DNA of 64,000 nt from a virus: the IMG/VR virus record IMGVR_UViG_3300020204_004581; one strand, 5' to 3'. Positions 39,393 to 49,641 of this stretch are shown in pieces (positions within the stretch are counted from its first letter, which is position 1; each line of letters starts with the position of its first letter). The notes beneath the pieces were generated by a model. That model did not search any database. It was not told the DNA's origin and saw only the letters and a program-made list of their open reading frames with translations. The position numbers and the translations under genes are program-made.

Positions 39393-40700
39393 TTATTTGG
39401 GTCTCGATATACCCAAACTTCCTAAGAAATCGTCTAATCCGTCTTCATCATCCCCGTCCTCAGATTCAATATCATTGTCTTCTTTGTAATTTTCAAACTC
39501 TGATTTCATGTCCTGAGCCTCTTTCATGATTTTTTCGAACTTAGCGGTAGCTTTTTGGTTTTTGGATTTGTCCTGTGATATTGCGTCACCGATTATTTCC
39601 AAAAATTCTCTTGCTTCGATTTGGTATAACAAGATGTGGAACCAATTTATTAATCCTTTATTAGATTCATCAAACATTTCATCGGGAAGTGAAAAACGAA
39701 TTTTTTCTACAATTTCTGGCCCAATTCGAAGTTGCATTGGTTCATTTGCTAAGGTATCAACTTGTTGTTGTACCTTTGTACGCATTTCAGGTTCCTTTGG
39801 TAAACCATGTCTTCCTTTGGATTCTTCGATACCTTTTATGATTTCATGGCATAAAATTGGGAATATCAATCCTTGTGCTTTAATTACGGTATCAATTTGA
39901 GATTCTCCATCATCTTCTTCACCTTCCTCACCGCCATCCTCATCATCGGGATCTAATTCAACTTTTCCAGCAACACCAGTTCCTGTTTGGCTCATCATTT
40001 CAATCATACTCTCTGAGGTAAAATACATGAAATCGTTTACCGCCATGATTGCCAAGTAGAGTGAAAACAATTGTGGGTTGATGCGATCTAGGGCTCTTTT
40101 AACTGAGGGTTTTTGGAAAATATAATGTCCCTTTTTTGCAGATCCTTGAATTATAGCATTGATGATGTTTCTCTTGTGTTTTTCCAACTCTAATTGTTCG
40201 GTATCCGTTAGATCTTCAATATCAAAAGATTGAAACTTTGGTTTTTCTTTTTCTTCTTCTTCATCTTCTTCATCTTCTTCATCTTCAGGTTCGTATCTAA
40301 AGTTTGATGTGTCTATGGGCGTACCTAATTGAGCATCTATCTTAACCCAATCTTCAGGAATTTCCGTTTCCTCCATAGAAGCTTTCTTGGCTAACTCAAT
40401 CAGGGCATCACGGTTAGCCGCTTCAATTTGCATGATTCTTGGAACACTGTTCATCATTTGCATGTAGAAAGCCTGAACTACTCTTGGACTAAGATTCCTA
40501 AGACCTGGTACAGATTTTAATTTATCTGCCACTTTGATGAATCTTGAACTTACAAGTCTTTGAACGTCTTTGGTCCCTTTTCTCATAGCAGGATTTTGAG
40601 CGAATAACCCTTGTGGGTCCGCTAACTTTCTTTCCAATGCAGGGTCCATTCTTTCAGGTCTATCACCGTAATTTAACTGTTCTATCAGTTTCTTTGCCAT
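39393..40700 (-). CDS. Hypothetical protein with acidic tracts
   Basis: 435-aa ORF upstream of the terminase; starts MAKKLIE; contains LCHEIIKG. Confidence 0.75.
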   Translation of the reverse strand: MAKKLIEQLNYGDRPERMDPALERKLADPQGLFAQNPAMRKGTKDVQRLVSSRFIKVADKLKSVPGLRNLSPRVVQAFYMQMMNSVPRIMQIEAANRDALIELAKKASMEETEIPEDWVKIDAQLGTPIDTSNFRYEPEDEEDEEDEEEEKEKPKFQSFDIEDLTDTEQLELEKHKRNIINAIIQGSAKKGHYIFQKPSVKRALDRINPQLFSLYLAIMAVNDFMYFTSESMIEMMSQTGTGVAGKVELDPDDEDGGEEGEEDDGESQIDTVIKAQGLIFPILCHEIIKGIEESKGRHGLPKEPEMRTKVQQQVDTLANEPMQLRIGPEIVEKIRFSLPDEMFDESNKGLINWFHILLYQIEAREFLEIIGDAISQDKSKNQKATAKFEKIMKEAQDMKSEFENYKEDNDIESEDGDDEDGLDDFLGSLGISRPK

Positions 40701-40702
40701 GA

Positions 40703-41527
40703 TTATTTATCTAGTATGTTCTTTATTAAGTTTAATACTTCTGATTTAGCTTTTTCGTACTCGGCCTTGGGAGCGGGTTTTTCTCCAGGATTAGGGTTTT
40801 TGAGTGGGTGACTCGGCTTTTTTGGTTTTGTACCAGGTTTTGGTTTTGTTGTAGGTCTTGTCTCAGGTTTTGAAGGCGCCACCGCAGGTCCATCTTCAAC
40901 CAAGTGTTTCATCAATTCACCCTTTGTCATTCTTGGAGGTATGTGTTTTGATACTAATTCCATGATCTTTGCTTCAATGAATAAAGATAAAGGATTATTC
41001 CCCTCTTGTATGGATTTTTTTACCTGTTTAACACATCTTTCAAATTTTTTTGTCTTTTTTGGTCCAAGTTGTGCATGACATATTGCATATGGATTAGACT
41101 TATTTTCTTTTTTCTCAGAGATTTCTTTTTCCTTATCAATTTGCTTATCACCTAAATCACCCATACCATCCGGTCCTTGTACTTGTACAGGATCTTGTGT
41201 TGTTCCACCTGCCGTTTTATCCATTGTGGATATATCAGTGTCAGGTTGTTCTGTCATTTCTATTTCAGTGGTGACCATTACTTCTTTTTTGTTAGGGTCT
41301 AACGAGAGAGTCATATTTCCAATCTTTCCACCTTGTGGTCCAACTTTGTAAGTTGTTTTACCAGGAACCTCTGTGACTTGTTCGGATGTGACTTGTTCGG
41401 ATATCATTTTCGAATGAAGAATGTTTATTTGAGATTCTGACATTTTTGCCACTGTGTCAGGTTTCAATCCTACTTCAACAAGATCCAAGGCTTTTTTATT
41501 AATTTTCATAAGATTCCTTTTTTTCAA
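40703..41527 (-). CDS. Hypothetical protein
   Basis: ORF with NPYAICHAQLG...KFERCV and a Pro/Lys-rich segment. The true start is probably ATG 41509. Confidence 0.7.
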   Translation of the reverse strand: MKKRNLMKINKKALDLVEVGLKPDTVAKMSESQINILHSKMISEQVTSEQVTEVPGKTTYKVGPQGGKIGNMTLSLDPNKKEVMVTTEIEMTEQPDTDISTMDKTAGGTTQDPVQVQGPDGMGDLGDKQIDKEKEISEKKENKSNPYAICHAQLGPKKTKKFERCVKQVKKSIQEGNNPLSLFIEAKIMELVSKHIPPRMTKGELMKHLVEDGPAVAPSKPETRPTTKPKPGTKPKKPSHPLKNPNPGEKPAPKAEYEKAKSEVLNLIKNILDK

Positions 41528-41888
41528 TCTTGAGAATCAAATCTTTTGAATATAAAATGTCAGTAATCTCATCCTCACTTTGTCCAAATCTGAATACCAT
41601 CCTATTTTCAATTTCATCGTTTTCCCAGGCTAATGCAATAACTCCGTCTACCGCATCTATCATACTGAAATAATCAGAGTTCTGAATTAAATCCAACTTT
41701 ATATCGGTATTTTTCAGAACTCCAATTTTTTTCACATATTTCAAATCGGGTGGTTGAGGGTAACCATTTGATGGTTTACTATCCCAATTTTCACCCCAAA
41801 CATCTTTCTCGTCCGAGAATATGAACTCATACAAATTATCACCTCTAAAGTTAGGACCAAGTCCATTAACGTAGATTAGATAGCTCAT
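41499..41888 (-). CDS. Hypothetical protein
   Basis: 129-aa ORF coupled to neighbours. Confidence 0.7.
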   Translation of the reverse strand: MSYLIYVNGLGPNFRGDNLYEFIFSDEKDVWGENWDSKPSNGYPQPPDLKYVKKIGVLKNTDIKLDLIQNSDYFSMIDAVDGVIALAWENDEIENRMVFRFGQSEDEITDILYSKDLILKIEKKESYEN

Positions 41889-43270
41889 AAAACCAAGCCT
41901 TCAGGTGAAATTTTAGTTTGTTTATTGTTCTTTTCAAAAACTAAATTTTTCTTATTAGTTTTACCAACTAAAGAGAATCCAAAGTTTTCTTCTAAAAATT
42001 TTTCAGAAGCAAGCTCTTGTTCAATTGACTCAGCTAGTTTTCTTACTGAACTCATATTCTTTTCAACAACGTGTTTTTTTTGAATTTTTTTTGTTGCTAA
42101 TTTTTCCTGTACCATTCTTTTTTCAGAATCTTTGACTTCAAAATATTTTGAAAGAACTTTGTCAACCTTAGATTCTGAAAATAAATGATCCATTAAACTC
42201 ATTTCCATCTTTCCTCCTTCCTCCTCCTCAATTTCTTCCTCACTTGTGAACATATCAGAAATTTTGTCTGCCGCTTTATCCGCCACAAACGACATAGCTA
42301 ATCTTTCAATTGCCGGTCCAATTGCAGCTTGAATTTGTTCTCCCGCCTCAATCTTACCGAATCCCTCGGGTTGTGCTCCTGCGTCAACCATATCAGCGTC
42401 GTTCTCAATATCCATATAGTTTTGAATGTCTTCAACCTCAGTATCATCAGTGATATCTGTACCGTCTTTATCATCTCCACCGTCAATAACAGCGTCAGCC
42501 TCATCAGATTCAAACTTATTAACAATTTCATCTTTATCCTCGGTAGATAAACTAGCTAGATCCACAGAAGAAAGAACCATGTTGATTACATATTTGATAT
42601 TTTCGGAAGACATTTCATTTTCTGATGAGAATTGTCTTATTTTTTGAGTAAGTTTTCCTGTTAGTTTTTGAATTACTTTAAATGAAACAGGCTCAGAGTC
42701 CATTGTTTCGGAACCTGCCTCCACTTCCATATTTTCACCTGTTGGTACGTCTTCAACAGGAGTTTCCTCAGGTGCAGGAGTTTCCTCAGGTGCAGGAGTT
42801 TCCTCAGCCGCTGGGAGTTCTGGTTCAGGTAGAGTTGGAGCCATAGGTTCTTCAGGTGCTACCGGAGCTTCTGGAGCTTCTGGAGCTGGTTGAGGACTTT
42901 TCAGAACGAATTTTTTTTGTTCTCCAAATAAAGAAACTTGTTCATCATTACCAATAACTGAATTATTTTCTTTGATCATCAAGTTCAATTTCTTTAATGC
43001 TTGTGAGTAACTCGAAAAATATTTTCTGTTCTGCATCGGTTCGATGTAGTCACCTTGGCCCTCGGAAACCATTTTCTTGATAATGTAACCTTGTTTTTCT
43101 TTTACAATACCGTACTGATTTCCGTCAGCAAATGTTATGTTGTAATGAGTGGAAGAATTTTCATTGATAGATTCGGTTGCAGTATCTTTGTACTTAGCAA
43201 TCTCCATGATCCTTTTGATCTTGTCCAAACCGTCTAATCTTTCACTACCTAATGGTTTGATGTCCGCCAT
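41885..43270 (-). CDS. Acidic hypothetical protein with Pro/Glu repeats (possible prohead core component)
   Basis: 461 aa with PAPEET repeats and many (I/L)xE sites. Confidence 0.7.
   Translation of the reverse strand: MADIKPLGSERLDGLDKIKRIMEIAKYKDTATESINENSSTHYNITFADGNQYGIVKEKQGYIIKKMVSEGQGDYIEPMQNRKYFSSYSQALKKLNLMIKENNSVIGNDEQVSLFGEQKKFVLKSPQPAPEAPEAPVAPEEPMAPTLPEPELPAAEETPAPEETPAPEETPVEDVPTGENMEVEAGSETMDSEPVSFKVIQKLTGKLTQKIRQFSSENEMSSENIKYVINMVLSSVDLASLSTEDKDEIVNKFESDEADAVIDGGDDKDGTDITDDTEVEDIQNYMDIENDADMVDAGAQPEGFGKIEAGEQIQAAIGPAIERLAMSFVADKAADKISDMFTSEEEIEEEEGGKMEMSLMDHLFSESKVDKVLSKYFEVKDSEKRMVQEKLATKKIQKKHVVEKNMSSVRKLAESIEQELASEKFLEENFGFSLVGKTNKKNLVFEKNNKQTKISPEGLVL
42757..42807. repeat. 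18-bp tandem repeat (about 2.8 copies) encoding APEETP
   Basis: CAGGAGTTTCCTCAGGTG twice, followed by CAGGAGTTTCCTCAG. Confidence 0.9.
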
Positions 43271-43294
43271 GATTTTTATTTTTAACTGTTTTTT

Positions 43295-43480
43295 TTAATT
43301 ATTTAGTCCGTCAAATCCACCTAATGTCACAGCACTTAAATCTACAATTGAATTGTCTCCCTCTGCCGTTGTTGCGACAGGATGTGGTACAACTGAACCC
43401 GCAGGTGCTGTCCCTCCACTAAAGGAACCTAACATTCCAATTGTGTATTCATAAAAAGTATTTGCTGAAATAGTTGGCAT
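43295..43480 (-). CDS. Small hypothetical protein
   Basis: 61-aa ORF with the late motif at 43491-43498. Confidence 0.65.
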   Translation of the reverse strand: MPTISANTFYEYTIGMLGSFSGGTAPAGSVVPHPVATTAEGDNSIVDLSAVTLGGFDGLNN

Positions 43481-43522
43481 TTTTTTTCTTTATAAATATA
43501 CGTCGGGCGTAAATAATTTAAA

Positions 43523-45529
43523 TTATGCTAGATCCTTAATTTTCGGAGAAGCCCCTCTCTCATAGGAGTTTACCACTTTAGCAACTAAGTCCCCCGTCCC
43601 CCAAGTTTCTAAAGACGGACATTTGGATATCTCTGAAGCACCACTATCATTTTTTAACCCTTGAACAATACAAGAGTATCTTCCATTTCTTAAAGTTTTT
43701 AGCGTTGCAACCATACCGTCCTCTTTCGAAAGATAATTTTGTACCCCTACTTTGTTCATGTTTGTAGAACCTGGTAATTTCCAAGTTGTATTGAATGGGT
43801 TATTTCTTCCTCCTTTACCTTCCGCTTGTCTCCACGCGTATAAAAATTTTAGATTTTCACTTGTAACAGGTGCATCTAATTCTTGTAACAATCTCTCATA
43901 GAAATTTTTATCTGTAATATTTCCTGTATCTATTTCTTTTTTTGTTTGGATTTTTGAGAGATCATTTTCTGAAAAATTTCTTATCACCAACATGGCTGCG
44001 AGATATCTTAAATCAAATCCATCGATTTTTCCATCTGATGAAATGGAAACTGATTTTTGAAATTCTTTGGTTGCATTTTCTGTTTCAGGACCGAACTTTC
44101 CATCAACTCCCCATTTTGGTAAGGAAAATCCTAAAAATTGTAATGCGGTTTGAATTGCTTCAACTTCTTTCTCGTATTTTATATTTTTCGGATAGTACTG
44201 AAAAGACTTATTTGTTTCAGCAAGCTTAATCAATTCCTGTATAAAGTTTGATTTTCCAACAATGTTAGATATTTCTTCATCCTCACTGAATTTTTTACCA
44301 TACTTACCCAACTTCTGTCCTTGAGCACATTTTAAACTTCCATCATCATTCAAAAATTCTCTTATATTGTGCCCCCATTCTATTCCAATGTGAACATGAT
44401 CATATGAACTATTTGGGAAATCCATCACGTATCCTAACAATTGACCACATTCTACTTTACTACCCTTTCTAATTTGTACTCCTTTTAAATGAGTGTAGTA
44501 TATGTCAGGAAGACCATTATCGCTATCAATTGTGAAGCTTTGACCATATAATTTTTTTCCCTTTGTTTTAATTACATCATCACCATAATCGGTAAATGTT
44601 TTTAACGTACCCCCCGCCAGAGCAAAAACAGGATCTCCGACAGATGCTTTAACATCCCATGCGTTTGCTGAAGCCCATCCACTTTGACCGGCATGTGCCC
44701 CATCCTTTGGTATACTCATATTCTCACCTCCAAGTAAATGTCCACTTGAAGGTGCTTCTTGTAAAAATTTAATTATACTTTCTTTCAAAGATTGTTCTAT
44801 TGATAATTCTTGATCTACGTAATTGTTGTATGTATTAAATAATTTTTCAATCATTCCGTTTCTTCTTAGAAATTTGAAAGTAAGATTTTCATAAGAAAGT
44901 TCACCCTCTTTTTCCAGTCCTGATTTTCTATATTCTTTGAGTTTGTCTTTTAAATCCCCAATCATCTTTTTCCCTTTTTCCAAATCATCTTTATCAAGTG
45001 ACTCTAAAGCATTTTCGATTTTTTCATTCCAGTTCTTCACTTTATCTTCTATGACAGACTTATCAATTTTATTTTTCATCTTTTCAGGTCTATTAATCCA
45101 CTCATCATCCATAACTGAATAAACTCCTGAACTATCATGTTTCTCATCGTCACCCTGAGCATATAACTCTACATCATATCCGAAGATTTTGATGTCGTGT
45201 TTTTCGTTAAAAAGTTGTTTTTTTAAATTAAATAACTCTTTGTAAGTTTCCTCATGTTTACCAAATTTTTTCAAATCTACAATAACATGAAGATCAAAGT
45301 CTGAATATTCTGACCAGTTGAAGTTTGATAAAGATCCTGTTAGAGTAATATCTTCAACAAAAGCATCTTCACCCAAATAATCAATGAATTGGTTAGCGAT
45401 CTTCATCAAACCCTTTCTGACTTTGGGTTTCATTTTAGATTTTTTTGGATCATCAGAATTCTCCCAAATTTTTGGGTTAAGGGTGTCCCTCAGTGTAAAA
45501 CTGTCAAGTATTTTTTGGAAATTACTCAT
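43523..45529 (-). CDS. Multidomain protein: pol-beta-type nucleotidyltransferase + M23-like peptidase + peptidoglycan-binding domain + lysozyme-like domain
   Basis: LTGSLSNFNWSEYSDFDLH (GS + DxD); ANAWDV...YYTHL...HVHIG (M23); IQTALQFLGF...GVDGKFGPETENA..EFQ (PG-binding); WRQAEG...NNPFNTT...VQNY (lysozyme-like). Confidence 0.72.
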   Translation of the reverse strand: MSNFQKILDSFTLRDTLNPKIWENSDDPKKSKMKPKVRKGLMKIANQFIDYLGEDAFVEDITLTGSLSNFNWSEYSDFDLHVIVDLKKFGKHEETYKELFNLKKQLFNEKHDIKIFGYDVELYAQGDDEKHDSSGVYSVMDDEWINRPEKMKNKIDKSVIEDKVKNWNEKIENALESLDKDDLEKGKKMIGDLKDKLKEYRKSGLEKEGELSYENLTFKFLRRNGMIEKLFNTYNNYVDQELSIEQSLKESIIKFLQEAPSSGHLLGGENMSIPKDGAHAGQSGWASANAWDVKASVGDPVFALAGGTLKTFTDYGDDVIKTKGKKLYGQSFTIDSDNGLPDIYYTHLKGVQIRKGSKVECGQLLGYVMDFPNSSYDHVHIGIEWGHNIREFLNDDGSLKCAQGQKLGKYGKKFSEDEEISNIVGKSNFIQELIKLAETNKSFQYYPKNIKYEKEVEAIQTALQFLGFSLPKWGVDGKFGPETENATKEFQKSVSISSDGKIDGFDLRYLAAMLVIRNFSENDLSKIQTKKEIDTGNITDKNFYERLLQELDAPVTSENLKFLYAWRQAEGKGGRNNPFNTTWKLPGSTNMNKVGVQNYLSKEDGMVATLKTLRNGRYSCIVQGLKNDSGASEISKCPSLETWGTGDLVAKVVNSYERGASPKIKDLA

Positions 45530-45550
45530 CTGATATAAATACTCAGTGAG

Positions 45551-45793
45551 CTAGAGTTTTTTGTAAGAAAACTTTTTAGCTATTTCACTCATAAAAAACT
45601 TACCCTGAGATTCAGCCATTCTGAATTTGGTGTAAGTTGAGTGAGGTACATCGCTATATTCGTAAATCAATCCGTTATTGAATTCACAAACTAGTGATTT
45701 TAGTTCTGTGTCGTATGTTGTTTTACTAATATTTGATGACACAATCTCGTTAATAATTTTAAATCCGTCAATCGTCTCTTTTTTTACTGCCAT
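45551..45793 (-). CDS. KTSC domain protein
   Basis: SSNI....YD.....L..EF.NG..YEY.DVP...Y..F..AES.GKFF. Confidence 0.88.
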   Translation of the reverse strand: MAVKKETIDGFKIINEIVSSNISKTTYDTELKSLVCEFNNGLIYEYSDVPHSTYTKFRMAESQGKFFMSEIAKKFSYKKL

Positions 45794-46082
45794 TTTCTAA
45801 AGGGGTTATAAGATTAATTTTATTCATTATTGACTGTAAATAAAGCCGAAAATCCTCATCCCGTACTTCGAAACCAAAGGCTCGAAGTTGTTTTTTTAAT
45901 TCACTGATAAGCATCCCTATTTCATTTCCGATTTCAAAAATTCTTTCGGGACCAGAACTTATATTTTTTAATTGTTCCTCAGTGTATCCCAACTCTTGGA
46001 ACATAATTCTTAACTCAAGATATTTTTGTAATATCTCTTGAGCCGATAAAGTATCTTCAACAAATTTTTTCCAATTATCCAT
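45768..46082 (-). CDS. Hypothetical protein
   Basis: Start moved to ATG 46082 (MDNWKKF), just after a TATTTAC late-motif variant. Confidence 0.6.
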   Translation of the reverse strand: MDNWKKFVEDTLSAQEILQKYLELRIMFQELGYTEEQLKNISSGPERIFEIGNEIGMLISELKKQLRAFGFEVRDEDFRLYLQSIMNKINLITPLENGSKKRDD

Positions 46083-46142
46083 CAATGTAAATACAAATCC
46101 CCCACTTTTTAGGTAGGGGATTCGATCTTGAATGAGCATTTA

Positions 46143-46538
46143 TTATAAAATCGAAATTTTCTTTTTCTCTTGTTTTTTAAATCCTGGAATAAATACAGTC
46201 AATAAACCGTCTTCGATTGTTGCTTCGATTAATTCTAGATTATGGTCTGTACCGAGTTTGAATTGTTTGTTTATGGATTTGTAAATTTCTTCCCCGTTCA
46301 TCTTATATTTTCTTTTCCCTTGAATTGCCATAACACCGTCCTCGATTTCAACTTTTAAGTTTTCTTTGTTAAATCCTGGCGCTTCGAATAATAGGTAAGC
46401 TCCATCTTTAGTTTGATTAACCTCGTAATTGTTTTCGCTATCTGTTTTAGAGATTACAGAGGTTTTTGAGTACGTGTTAGGATTTTGGTTGAATAATCTT
46501 TCGAAGATTTCATTCAAATCGTTTGGTCCGTAAATCAT
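46143..46538 (-). CDS. Small heat shock protein (Hsp20/alpha-crystallin)
   Basis: EAPGFNKENLKVEIEDG...I.G...F.L...I.A..EDGLLTV.IP. Confidence 0.88.
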   Translation of the reverse strand: MIYGPNDLNEIFERLFNQNPNTYSKTSVISKTDSENNYEVNQTKDGAYLLFEAPGFNKENLKVEIEDGVMAIQGKRKYKMNGEEIYKSINKQFKLGTDHNLELIEATIEDGLLTVFIPGFKKQEKKKISIL

Positions 46539-46577
46539 AGTAGTTTTTTTTTAAATTTATTATTTATTTAATAAATT

Positions 46578-46679
46578 ATCAATATTGATGCCGTCTTATT
46601 TGTGATGACAATTTGATTGTTTAAAATTAATCAATAAGACAAATTGACAGAAAAAAAAATAATTAAAGACAATTTGTCA
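46578..46679. promoter_or_regulatory. Divergent hsp20/clpC control region: sigma54-like -24/-12 element plus three phased GACAAWTTG boxes
   Basis: Minus-strand CGGCATCAATATTGAT (46593-46578) has GG-N8-TTG spacing. GACAATTTG at 46607, GACAAATTG at 46638 and GACAATTTG(TC) at 46668. Confidence 0.5.
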
Positions 46680-46732
46680 AAATAATTGTTTATGTCCAGA
46701 TTTTGATACATCTTTGAAAAAAAATATCAAAT

Positions 46733-48742
46733 ATGAATGATCTTATTGATGACGAAGAAAAAATGATGAGTAAGAAAAAACAGACCTCTGATAGTCTAAC
46801 ACCTGTATTAGATAATTTTAGTAGAGACCTAATCAAATTGGCAGAACAGGGAAAACTGGATCCTGTTATCGGAAGGGATAAAGAAATTATGAGAATTGCT
46901 CAAATTCTATCCCGTAGAAAAAAAAATAACCCAATAATTGTTGGTGAGCCTGGTTGTGGTAAAACTGCAATTGTAGAAGGTCTCGCTATGAAAATTTATA
47001 ATGGTGAATGTCCGAAGAATTTGATTGACAAAAGAATTGTGAACCTCGATATCAACTCAATTGTTGCTGGCACAAAGTATCGTGGGCAATTCGAAGAAAG
47101 ATTGAAGGTAATCATTGAAGAGCTTCAAGCTAATCCAAATGTGGTTGTTTTTATAGACGAAATCCACACTATTGTAGGTGCTGGTAACGCATCGGGTTCA
47201 TTGGATGCATCTAACATCTTCAAACCTGCTCTTTCTCGTGGTGAGATTCAGTGTATTGGTGCGACAACTTTGGATGAGTACAGAACCAATTTTGAAAAAG
47301 ACGGAGCACTTGAAAGAAGATTTCAAAAAATTACGGTGGAGGGTGCTACAAAAGAAGAAACATTACTTATTTTAAAAAACTCGAAAGACAAATACGAGTC
47401 TTTTCACAAAGTAATATATCCCGATGGAGTGTTAGAAGCTTGTGTTAAATTAGCTGACCGTTATATTACTGATCGTGAGTTTCCCGACAAAGCTTTCGAC
47501 ATTCTTGATGAAGTAGGTGCTCGAACTCAACTTGAAATGAAAATTCCAGTGGCTATTGAGGAGTTGAAACAAAAGGCTTCTGAGATCAAACAACTCAAAA
47601 TGGACGTTGTTAAAAAACAGAATTACGAACAAGCTGCAGAACTACGTGACAAAGAAAGAAAGATTATTGTCAAACTTGAAGACGCTAAGAGAAAGTTTGA
47701 AGAAGAATTGTCTCAATCGAAAAAAGAAATTTCTTTGGAGTTGGTTTATGAAGTTGTTTCCTCAATGACTAAAATCCCTGTCTCAAAAATGTCAATTGAC
47801 GATACTAAAGCTCTTGTCAATTTAGATTCTGTTCTAAAAGACAGAGTCATCGGCCAAGACGCCGCAGTTCTAAAAATTGTAAAATCAATTCGCAGAAACA
47901 GACTTGGTATCAAAGATCCAAATCGGCCTATCGGTTCTTTCATTTTCTTGGGGTCTACAGGTGTAGGTAAAACACATTTGGCTAAACAACTCGCAAAAGA
48001 AATCTTCGGTACGGAGGACTCTCTAATCCGTGTTGACATGAGCGAATATCAAGAAAAACATACAATCTCAAAATTAGTTGGTGCCCCCCCTGGTTACGTA
48101 GGTTACGATGAAGGTGGTCAACTCACTGAACAAGTCAAGAACAAACCCTACTCCGTAATTCTTTTCGATGAGATTGAAAAAGCTCACAAGGACATCTTCT
48201 CAGTTCTTTTACAAATACTAGACGATGGTCATGTCACTGATAGTTTAGGAAGAAAGATAAATTTTAGAAATACCTTAATCATCATGACCTCAAATTTAGG
48301 TGTGAAAAAACTACAAGATTTTGGAACTGGTATTGGATTCAATTCTTCAAAATACGGTTCTGATGAGCAGAAAAAGGAAATTCTTATAAAAGAAATGAAA
48401 AATTTTTTCTCTCCTGAGTTTTTGAACCGTGTTGATGATATTATCACATTCAACGCATTGAAAGAAGATGATATTAGAAAAATAACTGAGATTGAAATCA
48501 AAAAATTAATTGTTCGGCTCCATGAAATGAACTACAAAATATCATACGATCAATCTTTAGTGGATTACATCTCCAAAGTTGGGTATGATGAACTCTATGG
48601 GGCGAGACCTCTAAAAAGAGCAATCCAAGACAAAGTAGAGGATTTGGTTTCCGAGGAGGTACTCAAAGGTAATGTAAAGGAAGGGACACAATACAAAGTT
48701 ATCGTGGACTGTGAAGAAATAAAACTAAAGAAAGGAAAATAA
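46733..48742 (+). CDS. clpC: ClpC-like AAA+ unfoldase lacking the N-terminal domain
   Basis: Two AAA modules ([14 protein letters not shown] and [14 protein letters not shown]), pore loops KYRG and GYVG, UVR M-domain [10 protein letters not shown], and ClpP-docking IGF loop. Confidence 0.92.
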   Translation: MNDLIDDEEKMMSKKKQTSDSLTPVLDNFSRDLIKLAEQGKLDPVIGRDKEIMRIAQILSRRKKNNPIIVGEPGCGKTAIVEGLAMKIYNGECPKNLIDKRIVNLDINSIVAGTKYRGQFEERLKVIIEELQANPNVVVFIDEIHTIVGAGNASGSLDASNIFKPALSRGEIQCIGATTLDEYRTNFEKDGALERRFQKITVEGATKEETLLILKNSKDKYESFHKVIYPDGVLEACVKLADRYITDREFPDKAFDILDEVGARTQLEMKIPVAIEELKQKASEIKQLKMDVVKKQNYEQAAELRDKERKIIVKLEDAKRKFEEELSQSKKEISLELVYEVVSSMTKIPVSKMSIDDTKALVNLDSVLKDRVIGQDAAVLKIVKSIRRNRLGIKDPNRPIGSFIFLGSTGVGKTHLAKQLAKEIFGTEDSLIRVDMSEYQEKHTISKLVGAPPGYVGYDEGGQLTEQVKNKPYSVILFDEIEKAHKDIFSVLLQILDDGHVTDSLGRKINFRNTLIIMTSNLGVKKLQDFGTGIGFNSSKYGSDEQKKEILIKEMKNFFSPEFLNRVDDIITFNALKEDDIRKITEIEIKKLIVRLHEMNYKISYDQSLVDYISKVGYDELYGARPLKRAIQDKVEDLVSEEVLKGNVKEGTQYKVIVDCEEIKLKKGK

Positions 48743-48769
48743 AAAAGGGGGTCTAAACCCCCTTTTTTT
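48741..48769. terminator. Bidirectional terminator between convergent genes
   Basis: AAAAAAGGGGGTCTAAACCCCTTTTTTTT hairpin flanked by A and T runs. Confidence 0.8.
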
Positions 48770-49608
48770 TAATCCCATAATCTACCAATTTTTTGTGTGG
48801 GTACACTTTTCTTATAGTGTAACTTGTATCCTAAATTCTCAATCATTTTTCTACCCATATTGATTCCATTGAAAACATCTTCAACAACGACATATTCATT
48901 TTGTGAATGATAGTCGTAATAACCAATAGAGAAATTGATACAAGAAAAATTGAATTTAGATCTAAGAGCCCATACGTCTGTATATGGGTGGGTCATATAA
49001 TCCATGTCAGCATTTACCATACCTTCAGTCAATACTTGATCACACACTTTGAAAAATTCTGAATCTCTGTCAAACAGTTGTTGTCCAAAACATCTTTCTG
49101 TAATCATCCAATTTTCGGGTGCGTCAAATTGAATGACATACCCCACATCTTCGAAAAAACTATCATTAGCTTTTTGTGACCCGTGACAACCAGTTTCTTC
49201 AGAAGCGAAAAATCCTGCTTTGAGAAATGGCATCTCTTTAAGTAAAGTTAAACAGGCAAAAACACCAGCTTTATTATCACCACCTATTCCAATCGGTAGA
49301 CCCTGATTACTGTATGCTTTATAGGCTAATTTTATTTCTCCTTGTGCATTTGGAAGTTTTTCTTCACGAACATTGATTGTGTCTATGTTATGTACTGTGT
49401 CAGTGTGAGCAACAACACAAGGGTAATAAAATCCTTTAGGAACCTCACCTGTTTTTTTTGTAACGTAAACGTTGTGACTTTTATCTACTTGGTAATCTAA
49501 ACCCTCCTTTTTACACCAATTGATGAGATATTTGACCATCTCACCTTCTTGATAGGTTTTGGTTGGGACACTCAAGACAGATTTTAATAACTGTAAATCT
49601 TGATTCAT
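48769..49608 (-). CDS. M20/M28-family zinc peptidase
   Basis: AHTDTVH, GGDNKAG, SEETG, QFD and YH metal-ligand motifs. Confidence 0.85.
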   Translation of the reverse strand: MNQDLQLLKSVLSVPTKTYQEGEMVKYLINWCKKEGLDYQVDKSHNVYVTKKTGEVPKGFYYPCVVAHTDTVHNIDTINVREEKLPNAQGEIKLAYKAYSNQGLPIGIGGDNKAGVFACLTLLKEMPFLKAGFFASEETGCHGSQKANDSFFEDVGYVIQFDAPENWMITERCFGQQLFDRDSEFFKVCDQVLTEGMVNADMDYMTHPYTDVWALRSKFNFSCINFSIGYYDYHSQNEYVVVEDVFNGINMGRKMIENLGYKLHYKKSVPTQKIGRLWD

Positions 49609-49624
49609 TAGTAAAAATTTACTA

Positions 49625-49632
49625 CAAAGGTA
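49625..49632 (-). promoter_or_regulatory. Bacteroidota sigmaA -7 box TAnnTTTG (representative of about 10 sites)
   Basis: TACCTTTG 16 nt upstream of the M28 peptidase start. The same box occurs at 26266, 27773, 54846, 57385, 57596, 60730, 61445, 61565 and 63702. Confidence 0.7.
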
Positions 49633-49641
49633 GGTAAAGTT

